From Octopus vulgaris (Eukaryota), in the NCBI GenBank assembly GCA_951406725.2, contig OX597827.1, positions 39,184,001 to 39,248,000 on the forward strand: 64,000 nt of DNA, read 5' to 3'. The notes under the pieces were generated by a model. That model was not told the DNA's origin, ran no database searches, and saw only the letters and a program-made list of their open reading frames with translations. Shown piece after piece: positions 1-12,819 of this stretch; position 1 is the first letter of the stretch, and every line of letters starts with the position of its first letter. The translations under genes and the position numbers were made by a program.

Positions 1-119
1 GGATTCTCTTTTAACTGTAGTTAGGGCCAGACAGAGTTTTAAACAAGTTTGCTATTTGCTTTTTTTTTTTTTTGCTGGAATGTAAGAGTTAACCCAACTC
101 AATCCGTAAATCACCCCTG

Positions 120-156
120 CCAAAATATCTTTATCGTGTTAAGTATAATGCTTGTG

Positions 157-197
<41 letters not shown>

Positions 198-665
198 TAG
201 TTATCTGATAGCTAATATGTTGTATGTAATAATAAATACATTCAAAATTCCGTAAATACACACCCTGTCGTATAGAATATATTACTTGGATATATAATAA
301 TAATCAGCTGTCTATAGGGTGAGTTAATAATACCTTGTGTATAACAGATGCGCTTAAAATACTTTGTCGGAAACCCTTATCGAGTATGAATACTGTCTGG
401 GGTATATAGTAGTATAAGAAGCTATCCATAGGGTTAGCTAATAAATAATTTGTGTATAATAATTATTTTTTAGATACTTGGTGAAAAATCCTTATTGTAT
501 AAAGTATATTGTTTGTGTATGTGTATCATATACACATTCATACTAACAGTGTTAGCTAATAATACATTTGGTATAATAATACAAACCCTTAACGGATAAA
601 GTGCACAGCTTGAGTATGTATCTCACATACAAACATATAATAATAAAATGTCTTAGCTAATATCA
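120..665. repeat. Degenerate tandem repeat, about 5 units of 100-130 bp, in GPAT intron 1
   Basis: Recurring anchors aaa(c/t)ccttatcg...agtat...ttagctaata(a) starting near 122, 256, 371, 485 and 583. Confidence 0.55.
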
Positions 666-959
666 TGAGTATATTGAATAAAAAAATTGAAAAATTAATG
701 AATTCTGTCGCAAAACATTAAGTCTACAAGTGGGAGTGTATACAAACACGTTGTAATCAAAAAGAAAAAAAGACCCCACTATTACTACCAGCACAGAAGG
801 AAAAACGAAAGTTGAGATGAATTGTAGTAAAGAGCATCGTCTGCTTAAAGTGTTTGGTCGATTGATGTTGACCCCCGTCCGATCTTGTTGACTGGGACTC
901 CGGTGTTTGGTGTTGGAACGAATCGAAGGGCGCAAAAATGACAAACTAAGTTAACTCAC

Positions 960-1109
960 CTGAAATATTTTCAGTAGTAGCTTCACATATCTCTTCCTGA
1001 CGCCCAGGGACTTACCAAGAGAAGCGAGTACTATAACAGTGAATAAGATTAATATCATAGGAAGAACGAGGACAGATAGAACGGCCAACAGTAAGTGTTC
1101 TTGCTCCAT
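960..1109 (-). CDS. GPAT4: First coding exon of glycerol-3-phosphate acyltransferase 3/4 (AGPAT6/9 family); gene continues off the left edge
   Basis: ATG at 1109 gives 50 codons, MEQEHLLLAVLSVLVLPMILILFTVIVLASLGKSLGVRKRYVKLLLKIFQ, followed by a phase-0 donor CAG|GTGAGT at 960/959. A hydrophobic anchor followed by GxSLGVRKxYxKxLLKIF matches the GPAT3/4 N-terminus (human GPAT4 GVSFGIRKLYMKSLLKIF). GPAT3 versus GPAT4 cannot be resolved. Confidence 0.85.
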
Positions 1110-1932
1110 AGGGGATCCGTGAAATGTGAACGTCTCCAACAACACCAACACTACAAACAGCAGCAGCAGTAGCACCACCACCACATCTACCAATGAACTT
1201 CTACTCGCAAAGTCAAGGTCTTTTGTGTTTTTTCTTTTCTTTTATTCTTTTCTTTCCTTTTTCCTTCTTCTTCAAAATTTTGAATTCGTTTGTTTTTGTA
1301 AGATAATATTGCTTTTTCTCTCCGTTTATGAATTAAAAAAAATTGTTTAAATAAATTTTATGCTTTTTTTTTTCCGGAATATATACTTTAAATATTTCGG
1401 AAATAAATAAATTATTAACGCTACATTTTTAAAGAGAGACAGAATATATAAAAGACAAATAAAGCTGTTACGAAAGTCACGTTTAGAAAATAACACAATG
1501 TTTGATAATTATAACGTCTTCGAGAGTAGAACTTGTTCGTTATTTAATCGGCTCTCATAGAATAACGGTGTGAGTGTTGTAGTTCTCGCAGTCGTCGTGG
1601 TGATTATTGTTGTTTGTAACTATTATATTTTGGTTGTACTGCCGGTTAAACACCTTTTTCTTTTCTTTTCTTTTTTTAACCAAGACAGAAAGCAGTGACC
1701 GTGAACTGTTACAGGGCCTCCGAGACTGGTGTAAGTATCCTCAAACCGAAAACCTGGTCCAAGTTTGTAGATACATTATGCTTAAATAAAATGAAGAGTG
1801 GTCAGTGCTTGCAACAAAGTGAACCTCGGTACAGTGGTGGTGTTAAACCGGATGACGGGTTAAGTCTCCCAATTTGAGCTGGTCATGGTGGTATTTGAAC
1901 GCAGGACGCAAAGAGCCGAAACAAGTATCGCA

Positions 1933-2195
1933 AAGCATCCAGCCCGACGTTTTTGTTACCATACCAATCCATCGCTCGAGTCAAAGTTCACTCGGCAGGA
2001 TTTGAACTCTAATCGCAAAGAGTCGGAACAAATTCTGTTAAGCATTCTGTCCGACGCCCTAACGACTCTACCAATTCCACAATTCTCGAGCGCCTAACTA
2101 GGTGGCTTATTGCGGTTAGAGTTCAAATCCCGTCGAGTTAGCTTTAGCTCGGGCGATGGATTGGTGTAACAGCAAATACGTCGGACCGGGTGTCT
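1933..2195. repeat. Imperfect inverted repeat (arms about 85 bp) made of SINE-like fragments
   Basis: About 1935-2018 is the reverse complement of about 2110-2195. The ORF track shows mirror peptides HPARRFCYHTNPS..DLNSNR (+) and HPVRRICCYTNPS..DLNSNR (-). Confidence 0.7.
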
Positions 2196-2590
2196 GGCAG
2201 CACTTGAATACAGAAGTTTAAATCCTGACTCTACCCACAAAATGAAAGTACGTTCATCTACAAAGGCTTTGGTTTGTTCGACCAAGCTGATGGTAAAAAA
2301 AAACAAAAACATTTGTTGTTGTTGTTTAACCCCAGGTCAGTCTTCATCGAGCAGCTCAAAGACGTTCCGTCGCGGCCCTTTGTATATGAGGCTACATTTT
2401 TCGAAAGTGTTCCTTCTTTTTAAATGTTTGGTCGTGATTTGGAGGAGATTTAGCTCTTAGTTCCCGAAAACAATTTTTTATAGGTCTTGCACAGGTAGGG
2501 CGAACCTAGGGTTAATCAACAATTTATTAAACATAGAAGTAATTAGAAAAAATTTCTTTCTGAAAGTAAATGATCAATAAAGATATTGCT

Positions 2591-2945
2591 ACATTATTTA
2601 CACTTGACGGATATTTGTCCTCATCTTTGTTTCGGCTGATATACCCTCCAGCCTTCATCAGGTGCCTTGGGGAAATTTCGAAGCTGGGTTCTTATTCCTA
2701 AGGTATTTTTCGATGTTATTATTATTATTATTATTATTATCATTATTATTCAGGTCACTGCCTGGAATTGAAATCGGAATCTTGGAGTTAGTAGTCCGCA
2801 CTCTTAACCACTACGCCAAGACACCTGATGAAGGCTGGAGGGTATATCAGTCGAAACGTTGTGTTAACAACAAACAAGATCAGGACAAATATATCCGTCA
2901 AATGTAAATAATGTACATAATTCCTCATCTCTTAAATATAGAAAG
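2591..2945 (-). mobile_element. tRNA-headed SINE with hammerhead-bearing tail, plus an inverted duplicate of the tail (Penelope-like architecture)
   Basis: Minus strand reads tRNA-like head TGGCGTAGTGGTTAAGAG (from 2817), then (AAT)n, then tail to 2591. The tail is repeated inverted at 2817-2915. A 9-bp direct repeat gatattgct flanks the element at 2582-2590 and 2946-2954. Confidence 0.7.
2820..2865 (+). ncRNA. Minimal type-I hammerhead ribozyme motif
   Basis: Stem I GACAC/GTGTT; core CTGATGA at 2825-2831; stem II GGCTG/CAGTC; GAAA at 2853-2856; palindromic ACGT in place of stem III; predicted cleavage triplet GUU. Confidence 0.65.
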
Positions 2946-5900
2946 GATATTGCTGTTTGATCTCAAGTCAACCGTCTGTGACCATCCAGCCATTTTAGGT
3001 ATAATTAAAATCTACTGAATACTTTCTTTTATTTAAATTTATATTATCTAACGTGTCATTTGAGGGTAATTTGGCGGCAGTTTTACCTCTACGTGGTTGA
3101 GTAAGCAACTAGTGATTCGGTAAGAAAAGATAAAGTTTGCTTGATATTATTTAGCTCCACGTCAACCTCGTTCAAGCAGATGTCAATTTTTTCTCTCGGA
3201 CATAGTTAATATAGGATTACATTTATCCGTGTCCTTCGTTAATGTTACTGCGTCTGTAACTCTGAAATTTGTCGGTGAATGTCCTTCAGCCTGTGACATT
3301 TGGGTGTCTCTAAGGGAGCTTAGGCTACAGACAAGGAAGATTTTGACATCATTGGATTTCCGTCTCACTAAAGTATCAGACGATGCTCGCAAGGGTGACT
3401 GGATGTTCCAATGACTTAGAAACGCAGTCACCCACGGCAATACCGGCATCAACAATTTTTAGAGCAGACAACACCAGTGGTTCTTAGCGCGGTGTATAAA
3501 TTAAGGGTGTGTTGTTGCTATTTTATTTTATTTACTTATATGCTTTTTTCATTTCAGTCTTTTCAAAAATGTTCTTTATTCTTGTTGGAGCGGTTTCGTT
3601 GAAGCTAGTTTATCTGCGCAGTTATAATACAAGATGATTCTTTGCGCATCGGTGAAAAATAAATGAAAACAGAAGTCAATTAAGATCTTAATGTGACGCT
3701 AAGATCTTGATTTAGCTGTGCGCGTGTTTGCGAATCGTTGTTTAAACTCCAGATCAGCTTTGATCGAGCAGACCTTATAATCAAATGATGTTCCAGTTAT
3801 GGTCATTCATTTATTTATTTAATACTTTTTTTTTTATAGAAACAGTATATCTAGGATCGCATTGGTATGCCAATATAAAATATTCGGAGTTGATAACCAT
3901 CCAGTTTTTTTTTTGATTTTAATGACTTTAATATGTGATCTCTCTGTAGCCACGCCGAGCAAGTCAAGCGCTTTCAACGGATTGACTCTCAAGAAGATTT
4001 TATGAAAGAAGGTTACTCTGGTTTTAATGCTTATAAAAGAGTTTATTTAATCAAGGAGTGAATGAAAAAAATCTTAACGTTTCCCCTTTGTTCCTTCTTC
4101 CTAGAGTGATGATAAGAAGTGATGTCGCTTACAACCGCATAGAGGAACGATTTTTCAAAGCTTTTGTCTAGTCTTATCTGTTTCTAAGTCCAGTAGGTTC
4201 AAATGACACCGGCATAAAATTGTGTATTATATAAAATACTAATGCAGTCCGTCGCAGGGATACCCATTTTTGTCAGTTGAGTGGACTTAAAGTAGCATGA
4301 AATGAAGTGGTTTGCTCAAAAGCACAACGCATCGCCCGGTCCAGGAATCGACACCACAATCTTAAGCCACGCGCCTACACACACAGCATCAAGTTCCACC
4401 ATGAGTAAATAATAGTCTGGCTACGAGAGAAATACGGGATTGATTCACTACTGCAATGAATGCATCCAGTCTTAAACTAAATAAAAATAACCTAATTTGA
4501 ATTGAGCTGACCTGTCGTGGCACGCCTAAGTAACTGTTTTAAGCATAGCTTCAATTTTTAAAATAGTTTAGTATCAGCTACACATTTCTATGTATAGCTT
4601 TGTGCTTTCTTATCGGATCTTTGTTTCTGGCGCAATGCGGAACAACGTGCGAAAATAAATGAACTGGTGTAGACCTTCGGTTTCTTTGTTTCCTTTCAGC
4701 TCCTTTCCGTAAAACGCAATGATTCATTCCACGTCAAAGGATTGGTGACATAAGACCGTGGAATTCGCTTACCGTGCCCTTTTATTATCCCAGTTAAATG
4801 CAGTTTTACCACATTTGGGAATAGAAGCTCCCTACGTTAGCTCAAAAGAATCATTGTTTTTTCAGCCTTGGCCAGCACTGGTCAGTCAGACCTATGATCA
4901 GAAGCGTTGTAGCCGTCACCATCAGACAGTATGGTTGTGTTTCACAGTCGTAATATAGGGACTTGTAAAAACTTCGTTTAATTGGTATTATATATGCAAT
5001 TAATATATAAAATATCGTTGTAGTTGGTGTTTGAAATATATAACTAAGCAAGGGAAGCAACTGCAATAAGATCAGTTGATCAAAATATTTGGTGTGAATC
5101 TGGACTTTAAAGTGAACTTGAAAGCAACTGATATGTTTCGGTATTATTAAATCTCCTCAATGAAGCTTATTCCACTCAGATGGCAGGACTAATGTTAATC
5201 AATATACATAGAAATAAAGAGAATGTAGTGCATATCAAATACAAATACGATAAGGTCTTACATATTCGATCGTAATTTTGATCAATTGGAATTATTCAAG
5301 CAATAAGTAGATAAACCCCTTAAATATTGTCTAGCAACTGAGTAGCATAAGACGGTAGAGCAAAACTTGAGGGAGATTTGGTTGATTTTTCTAGCAGAAC
5401 AAATGAACATGTAAACTAATGATGGCAAACCATTTTAATTCGATATGTTGAAGTTAAATTTCTTTATGAATCCTGTAAAATATAGCTTATCTAATTTAGT
5501 TTTAGGTAAATGCTTGTTGATAAGGTTTTTAAACATTATATTGCAGGGAAATTTTTTCAAACTCTCTCGGGTGTCACCTAAAACCCGCCGCTGACATGCC
5601 AGATCTCCAAGCATCGATGTGATTCCTCGATGGTTCTTAAGCAAGTTAAGGGGGCTTCAAGGGTGGCCCAGATGCTTGTGAATATGGAAACACCAACCAA
5701 ACTACGGAGTGCGTACTGTCATTGCCTGCTTCTCTGCTTCCCAATTCTTGCAGCTCAAAAGGTGTTGCAGGAATGCAAAGAAGTCGGGAGCAGTTATATA
5801 ACTGTCGTACTTGCTTCGGAAAAACAAGAAAGAATAAAAAAAAAATCACATCACCAAATCTTATTAAAAGAGGAGCTTTTAATATAGTCTTTTCAAGAAA

Positions 5901-6413
5901 CCACTCTAGTCGGGTGCAGAGATGAAGATATAATACCTTCAGATATCCAAATTCATGTGAATTAAGACCTCTAGCAGCGCTTTTTAATTAGGCAAAAAAC
6001 CCTCTACATTTTAGTATGTGTAAATAAATTCTAATGCGAGAATGTACCTAAAAAATAGTATCGCAAACACACACCCACATAAATAGTGCAGACACAAACA
6101 CGTGTAAAGGCACACAATCATAAATACAAAGAAATAAGCACAAACGTTTAAATGCAAACGCACACACATACAGTCACATGCAAACAGACAAACACAAAGG
6201 TATAAACAACAGCAAACAAATATGCAGACCAAATTATATATAAAAGCACGTAAACAGGCCCAACGTAGATGAACATAACTCATACAAAAAACATCACCAA
6301 TAAACACACGCTTAACGAGGCAATATTCTATTATTCTGTTATTCTATTCTGTCGACACCCTACGGAATACCGGTTTTTAAAAACAGAACACAATTCTCGC
6401 TCCTGTTCTCAAC

Positions 6414-6458
6414 ATGGCCTCTGCAGTCGCTCCTGTCGCTGTTTCTCCTTTAATCAAA
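6414..6458 (+). CDS. ATP5ME: ATP synthase subunit e, mitochondrial, exon 1
   Basis: MASAVAPVAVSPLIK followed by donor gtaagc; matches the subunit e N-terminus (human MVPPVQVSPLIK). Confidence 0.93.
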
Positions 6459-8347
6459 GTAAGCTTTCTTTCTATTTAAATTACTAACAGGAAAAATATT
6501 TTTTTTTCTACAATAACGTCAGTTTATAATCCAAGTACTATAGTATTAAAAAAAAAGTAATCTTAATTCCTTAACAACTATATTTTCTTATTATTATAGT
6601 CAAGGTGAACTTGAACTCGTGTTTTCATAATCAAGTTCAAATGGTTTTTTGAAGAATATCTCGATGAATTTAATGAACATTTCTTATTACTTTCAGTAAT
6701 AGCACTCTACCTTTATAAGAACATCTTGGGAGAAGTCCTTTTTTTATAGTTTATGCACTATGTTTGTATAAATTCGGTGTGCCTAATTCATACGGAGCTA
6801 ACTAACGAATAAATATCCATAGGAATTTATCAAAATTAGGTTGAGTGAAGCAAATAGTGATTTTATATATATATATATATATATATATAATGGACATAAA
6901 GTTAACTTTGGTCCTCACGATGTTTTGTTAGATATGCTTTCATGTAATGTATTGTCTTCAATATTAACCATTCACCTGGTTTTACACCATCACCTCGCCT
7001 TCGGGTACTCGGCGGTGTCCACTCGGATGCAAGAGTTCGAGACCTCAGGATAAAGTACTTTGTTTTCTCTAACCTCAGAGCCCTCCGACAAAGGTCATGG
7101 GTACTGCACTTCCTCCTTTAAAATTAAAGTAATAGTAGTAATAATAACAACTGTTTCTAACATAGACACGAGGATATAGTTTAGGGTTTGAGGATATTCA
7201 GTTAATTAACAAGTGTTTTAATTTATTAACCCCGGTTAGATGAAAGGCAAAAATTGACCTTGGCGAGATTTGAACTGAGAACATAAAAAACATTAATAAA
7301 TACCGCAAGGCATTTTTTCCAGACTTTATAGTGATTCGCCCAAATAATACGAACGTTATGTTTGGTGATAGTCTTATAAAATGCTACATTTCCCCCTTGG
7401 TATTGTTCTTTTATTAGTGTTAGTTGAGACACCAACTCCATTGCCTGGTGCTCGTTTTGTTAATCTCTAAATAATCTTCAAAACTATCTTGTTATCCACC
7501 ACCATGTACATATATATACCAAGAGTAAAAAAGGAAAGCCTCTAAGAAATAGCTCGATCTGCTAGAAGCAAGAGCAAAATCTCCTTTAAATTACATCTTA
7601 TTGTTGTAAATAACACAGGATACATTGAATAATGTGGTCCTAGATACACTATGTCTAAATGCAAGATAGAATGCCCATAGTTGAAACAACGTTGATCATA
7701 GGTCAGATCAGGGTCAATCTGGGTTCCAAAGCACTTCCAGTTACTTCAAACTAAGAAGGTGATTGGACTGACCCTGATAATATCCTTCCATTACTTGCAG
7801 TCAACGTGTCCCACTTCTAACCCACTAGCCTTGCTAAACTCTTCAGTTTCTCTATAGAACTATATCCCTGTTTTAGAAACATTACTATGTATTCTGTTCA
7901 TAAGAGGGGTAGCTCCTCAAACCCTGCCAAATATTTTTCTCTTGCACTTAATTTGACCATCTCAAATGTGATGAGACAGCTATTAACAACCTTCTCCATC
8001 ACTATGAATGTCTCTGCCTACTTATTGATTACCCCTACAATTTTTGTGAAACTAGATTTGCTGGAGAATTATCTCCTGTGTCATACATCAATAGGTCTTC
8101 ACTCAAGAAATTTGGTGTAAAGTGTTGTTGCACCTGATATCAACAAAGAATGAAACCATGTTTAACACATTTAGTACATGAATCTTCTGACAAAACTCGA
8201 CAGCCTATGAAATTTATCCATCTTTTATCCCTTTGATTGGTGGCTTCCTATGAGATAATGGCATGTGTCGATGGAGCTAGCTCCCTCGTATACTCACACT
8301 CTGGAATTCCCTAACACTATTCCTACTATATAACAATGGCCTACTTT

Positions 8348-8552
8348 ATTCTTTTACTTGTTTCGGTCATTTGACTGCGGCTGTGCTGGAGCAGTGCCTT
8401 TAATCGAACATGTCAACCCCTGGACTTATTCCTTATAAGCCTAATACTTATTCTGTCGGTCTCTTTTGCCAAACTGCTAAGTTACGGAGATGTAAACACA
8501 CCAGCATCGGTTGTTAAAGTGATGGAGGGGGAACACACGCACACATAAATAC

Positions 8553-8595
<43 letters not shown>

Positions 8596-8761
8596 TATAC
8601 GATGGGCTTCTTTTAGTTTCCTTCTACCAAATCCACTCAAAAGATTTTGGTTGGCCCGAGGCTATAGCAGAAGACACTTGCCCAAGGTATCACATAGTGG
8701 GACTGAACCTGGAACCATGTGGTTGGGAAGCAAGCTTCTTACCACACAGCCACTCTTGCAC
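8348..8761 (-). mobile_element. Major tRNA-derived SINE with internal (TA)/(CA) microsatellite
   Basis: Reverse complement of the family at 18971-19371. Confidence 0.8.
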
Positions 8762-9111
8762 TGATTCTTCCAACAAAACCCACTCCTACACTAGTGATAT
8801 TAACTTTCATTCCTCAACCTTCCACATTCAGCATCATTCCAATATTGTTCACACCCAACCTAGGCATGTGTGCTAAATCTGCACAAACTCCATCAATAGA
8901 GACCTTGAAAACATCCTCCTGTGGATGAGGTCATACCAGTCTTGTCTTCAAAAGCATTATACATTTCAAGTAAACAATATCCCTGTTAGAACCCTTGACA
9001 TTATTACAAATGTTAGACTTAAGTGGTATAGCTAGGTTTTATGCTGCATCCCAACCCTTTTAACTATGCTAGTGGCTAAACCCACCATCACTGGTGAATG
9101 CACATCCATAA

Positions 9112-9317
9112 CCCTTTAGTGATTAAACCAGCTGTATCTGGCCCTGTTTTTAAGTTCAAACTGGTCAGATCTGGTCTGTCATACCTTGCAATATCATTCT
9201 AAAAGATAAACAATCACATCTTTGAAATCTTAAGGTTACCAGCTAATACAAGATTAATTTTTAAAAACGTGAATAAATAAACATTACATTTGACAAAGTA
9301 ATCTGAATGCTAAAGGA
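9112..9317. mobile_element. piggyBac-like MITE
   Basis: ataa|CCCTTTAGTGATT ... AATGCTAAAGGA|ttaa; second copy at 18838-19478. Confidence 0.65.
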
Positions 9318-10078
9318 TTAACTGAACAAAAACTGCATTACAAAGGCTAGTGCCTTCCCCGTCAGGGTCAGAAAATACTTCAGTCTACAACTATTAACTT
9401 TCTTTAAAATTCAGGTGAGATCTGCAATAGAGGACTGTTTCTACATTTGGGATGTAGCAGCTATACACACAGTCATTGTAGACTGAACTGCATCTCTCAA
9501 AAGTCAGCCCTAACTGGTTGTTATGAAGTCACTCATGAAAAATTTCCTGCCTTGGGACCATAAGCATACTTCCTTCTCTTTCTGTCTACCATTATTACAG
9601 TAACATTTGTTCCTTAGAACTAGCTACTCCCTTTTCATCCCCACTAAAGCAATCCTGACTAACTCATCTCTCCTAAACCCTGCATTAACAAACTATGCTC
9701 AATCCTCCAGAAAATTGGTTGCATGGAATTTCTTCCATGCTGATATTTTCCTTTGTCACTGTAAAATATCTGCTATGAGAAGTATTATTCACTAAGCTGT
9801 AAATAGGAACCATATGAAATAGAGTTCATTTAGCTGTATTTGATCATTTTACCATTTAATAAATAAAATAATCACTGGCTGAGTGTAGTTCCTGGAAAAA
9901 AGATGGCATGATTTAAATCCCATTTAATTAAATAAGTTAGATCATAAGGTCAGCTTGTTAAGGGCTGCTCTGAGGCTAAACATAAAAATCATAATTTTAA
10001 GCCTTTTGCTATTGTCTTGGGTCAACCAAAGCATTGTGAGTGGATGTGTTTGACAAACTGAAAGAAGCCTGCTGTATT

Positions 10079-10125
<47 letters not shown>

Positions 10126-10287
10126 TTGTTTTCTTAGTATTACGGTCTTATCTTTGTGAGTAGATGGTAGGGATTTTGCTGGACATCTTCACCTTATGTT
10201 CACTTTGATGGAAATTATAAATTGAGAAAACATCTTTTTTCTTAGATATATGGCAGTTGAGTGTCAAACAAAATACTTTATGGTAGA

Positions 10288-10612
10288 ATCATCATCATCA
10301 TCTTTTAACATCAGTTTTCCATGTTAGCATGGTTTGGACAGTTTGATAGGAGCTGGCAAGCCAGAGGACTGCACTAGGCTCCACTGTCTGTTTTGGCATG
10401 GTTTCTTCAGTTGAATGCCCTTCCTAGTGTCAACCACTTTACAGTGTGTGCTGGCTGCTTTTTATGTGGTACCAGCACCAGTGCTATTTACATGGTACTG
10501 GCACAGGTTCCTTTTATGTGGCATTGGTACGAGTGCTTATGTAGCACCAGTACAGGTTTTTTTCACATGACACTGGCATGGGTGCATTTCGTGTAGCACT
10601 AGTACAGGCGCC
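10288..10612 (-). mobile_element. Retroposon 3' end with (GAT)n tail and internal subrepeats of about 27 bp
   Basis: Shares tcatcatc-tttaac-ttttccatgctagcatgggttgga...ggatgcccttcctaatgccaaccac with copies at 12290-12496 (opposite strand), 15415-15640, 17122-17650, 21011-21445 and 22406-22740. Confidence 0.7.
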
Positions 10613-10748
10613 AGGTAAATACCATAAGTTGTTCTCACAACTTATATCCTGTGTTGAAATCTCTCTGGTCAACTCTTCCTACCATCCTTCCAGAGTTGGT
10701 AAAATATAGTAGTATCAGTCATGTATTAAGAATGATTTTAATTAATTA

Positions 10749-11105
10749 GGTGCAGGCATGGCTGTGTGGTTAAGAAGCTTGCTTCCCACTTAGTTGATTT
10801 TGGATTCAATTCCACTCTGTGATATCTTGGGCAAGTTTCTTCTATAGTATCAAGATGACCTAAGCCTTGTGAGTGTAGTCATTTAACAGAATTTGAAAGA
10901 AACCTATTGTATATATATATATGTGTGTTTCTCTTAGTCTTTGGCATTACATAATAACTGTAAAACCCGTGTTGTTATCATACAAGCAGTGTCCTTCATT
11001 TTCAAACTACTATGGAAACGTCTGGCCAATGGGAAATATTACCTTGCTTGGAAACAAGTGTAGGTTGGCAACAGGAATGGTATCTGGCAATAGAAAATCT
11101 GCTTG
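10749..11105 (+). mobile_element. tRNA-SINE, diverged variant of the major family
   Basis: Head ggtgcaggcatggctgtgtggttaagaagcttgcttccc, with a different 3' part. Confidence 0.65.
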
Positions 11106-11606
11106 AACTAATTTCATCTCAAATCCACCTCATAAATTTTCGGCTGTATGCCTATGTAAGAAATTATTATTACCTAACCACTGTCTTATCATCAGAGAAT
11201 TGGTCTTTGAATTCACCTGTGCTGCATTTCTGGTTATAACTTAAGTTCCTTCTAAGCCATTGTTTAACTATAGTTATTGTGAACTATGTTTAGCCTTGTA
11301 CCAGCCCTTATTGGTTCTAATTATATCCATGTCCTTTCTTTTTTAAAATGGTAGGAAAGTGAGTTGAAGGTGATTTGGCTATTATTTCTAGCAAACAAGT
11401 GACCTTTTAGAGACTTTCTCTTCAGCTCTTTGAACCAAAATCAGTCTTTTCCTTCTTTTGTAATGCTGGAGTATGGAGACATTGAAAGTGAGATGTGTTA
11501 ATTGTCATAACCAATTGCTTGATCAAATTTCTGTACTATATTCTAAAAGCAGAACTATATTTACTGATATATTTTTTATCATTATTTTTTCATTTCTTTG
11601 TTGTAG

Positions 11607-11661
11607 TTCTGCAGATATACTGCCCTGTTTAGTGGTATTTTGTATGGTCACTTCAGATACA
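11607..11661 (+). CDS. ATP5ME: ATP synthase subunit e, exon 2
   Basis: ttgtag|FCRYTALFSGILYGHFRY+1 nt|gtaagt. Contains the RYxALxxGxxYG transmembrane GxxxG motif. Confidence 0.93.
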
Positions 11662-11920
11662 GTAAGTAAATTTAATATTTTAAAGAAATCTTTCTTGTAC
11701 ACTGTTACCATTATTTCTTCCATCCAGCATAACCAACCAGTAATTGGGTGCATCTGTGTCTATAATGAGGATGATGTTTGTGCATTTGTTTTTATCTTGT
11801 GTTGTTTCTTGTATCTCAAACTATTGAGACAAGAAATTTTTTAATTTGTTATGAATATATTGAATGATGGAAATATTAGTTCTGAATAAAATACCTCGCA
11901 ATATTTAATTACAACTCTTA

Positions 11921-12130
11921 AGGCAGCAAATTGGCAGAACCTTTAGCATGCAAGGTAAAATGCTTAATGGCATTTCATCTGTCTTTATGTTCTACAAATT
12001 CTGCTGAGGTTGACTTTACCTTTCCTCCTTTTGGAGTTGATAAATAAGGGCCAGTTGGATATTGGGGTTGATGTAATCAACTAGTCCCCTCCACCGAAAT
12101 TGCTGACCTTGTGCTAAGATTTGAAACCAG
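11921..12130 (+). mobile_element. tRNA-SINE, second family (Meta-domain-like core)
   Basis: ggcagcaaattggcagaa...gactttacctttcctcctttggagttgataaataag; homologous to 41852-42065 (-) and 14770-14900. Confidence 0.65.
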
Positions 12131-12819
12131 CATTTATTTACAGCCCTTTATTCTCCAAGCTCAAACCCAGCTGAGGTTAGTTTTGCCTTTCATCCCTATG
12201 GAGTTGATAAAATTAAAGTAAATTTGGCAATATGCTGTGCTTGAGAAGAAGATCCATCAAGCCAAGTGTAACTGTAGTCGTGGCAGATACTGGTGTCACA
12301 CAACTGGCACCCTTGCCGATGGCATATAAAAGCACCCATTACACTCTTGGAGTGGTTAGTGTTAAGAAGGGCATCCAGCCTTAGAAACCATGCCAAATCA
12401 GACTGGAATCTGGTGCAGCCTCTCAGCTTACCAGCCCTGTTCAAATTGTTCAAACCCATGTCAGCATGGACAATGGACGTTAAGGGATGATGATGAATTA
12501 AGTACTATGATAGGTTCCTCTCATTTTTAGAATCATTGTTCTCAGCCTGGTTATTGTGTTTCAAATAAGAATGCCAGTCAGTCCTAAACCTGGGTAAAAA
12601 AAAAAGGAAGGTTGAGGTAGGAGTAATGCTTCAGCATGGCCACCAACTTATTGGCTGAAACCAGTAAAAGAGTATAAAAGAGCTAGAATGTGTCTTGTAA
12701 AAGTATCACACTACAGAATCCATCCCAAAAACCATTACAATCCTGAGGCTGACATAGCTGGAATGGCTGGTTCAAAATATTGTGTAGCATGGGATGGACT
12801 AAGGAAGGACATATAATGA

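Larger units (their letters stand above)
8150..9790 (+). mobile_element. Highly degenerate CR1/Jockey-type LINE reverse transcriptase remnant, interrupted by younger elements
   Basis: Broken translations LLTKL..., SGIP..TLFLLYNN (near 8300) and FKIQVRSAIEDCFYIWDVA (near 9403) resemble SGVPQG..LFLLYIND and YKxxIRPxLEYCxxIW. Confidence 0.5.

Noticed and set aside
1110-1193. N-terminal extension MVDVVVVLLLLL of the GPAT ORF
   Set aside because: Starts at a non-ATG codon within trinucleotide microsatellite; family similarity fits the ATG at 1109.
5547-5925. GC-richer stretch after a ttgcAG acceptor-like site, with 67-85 aa ORFs
   Set aside because: All three frames from the acceptor hit early stops and I recognise no homology; it may be non-coding or regulatory.
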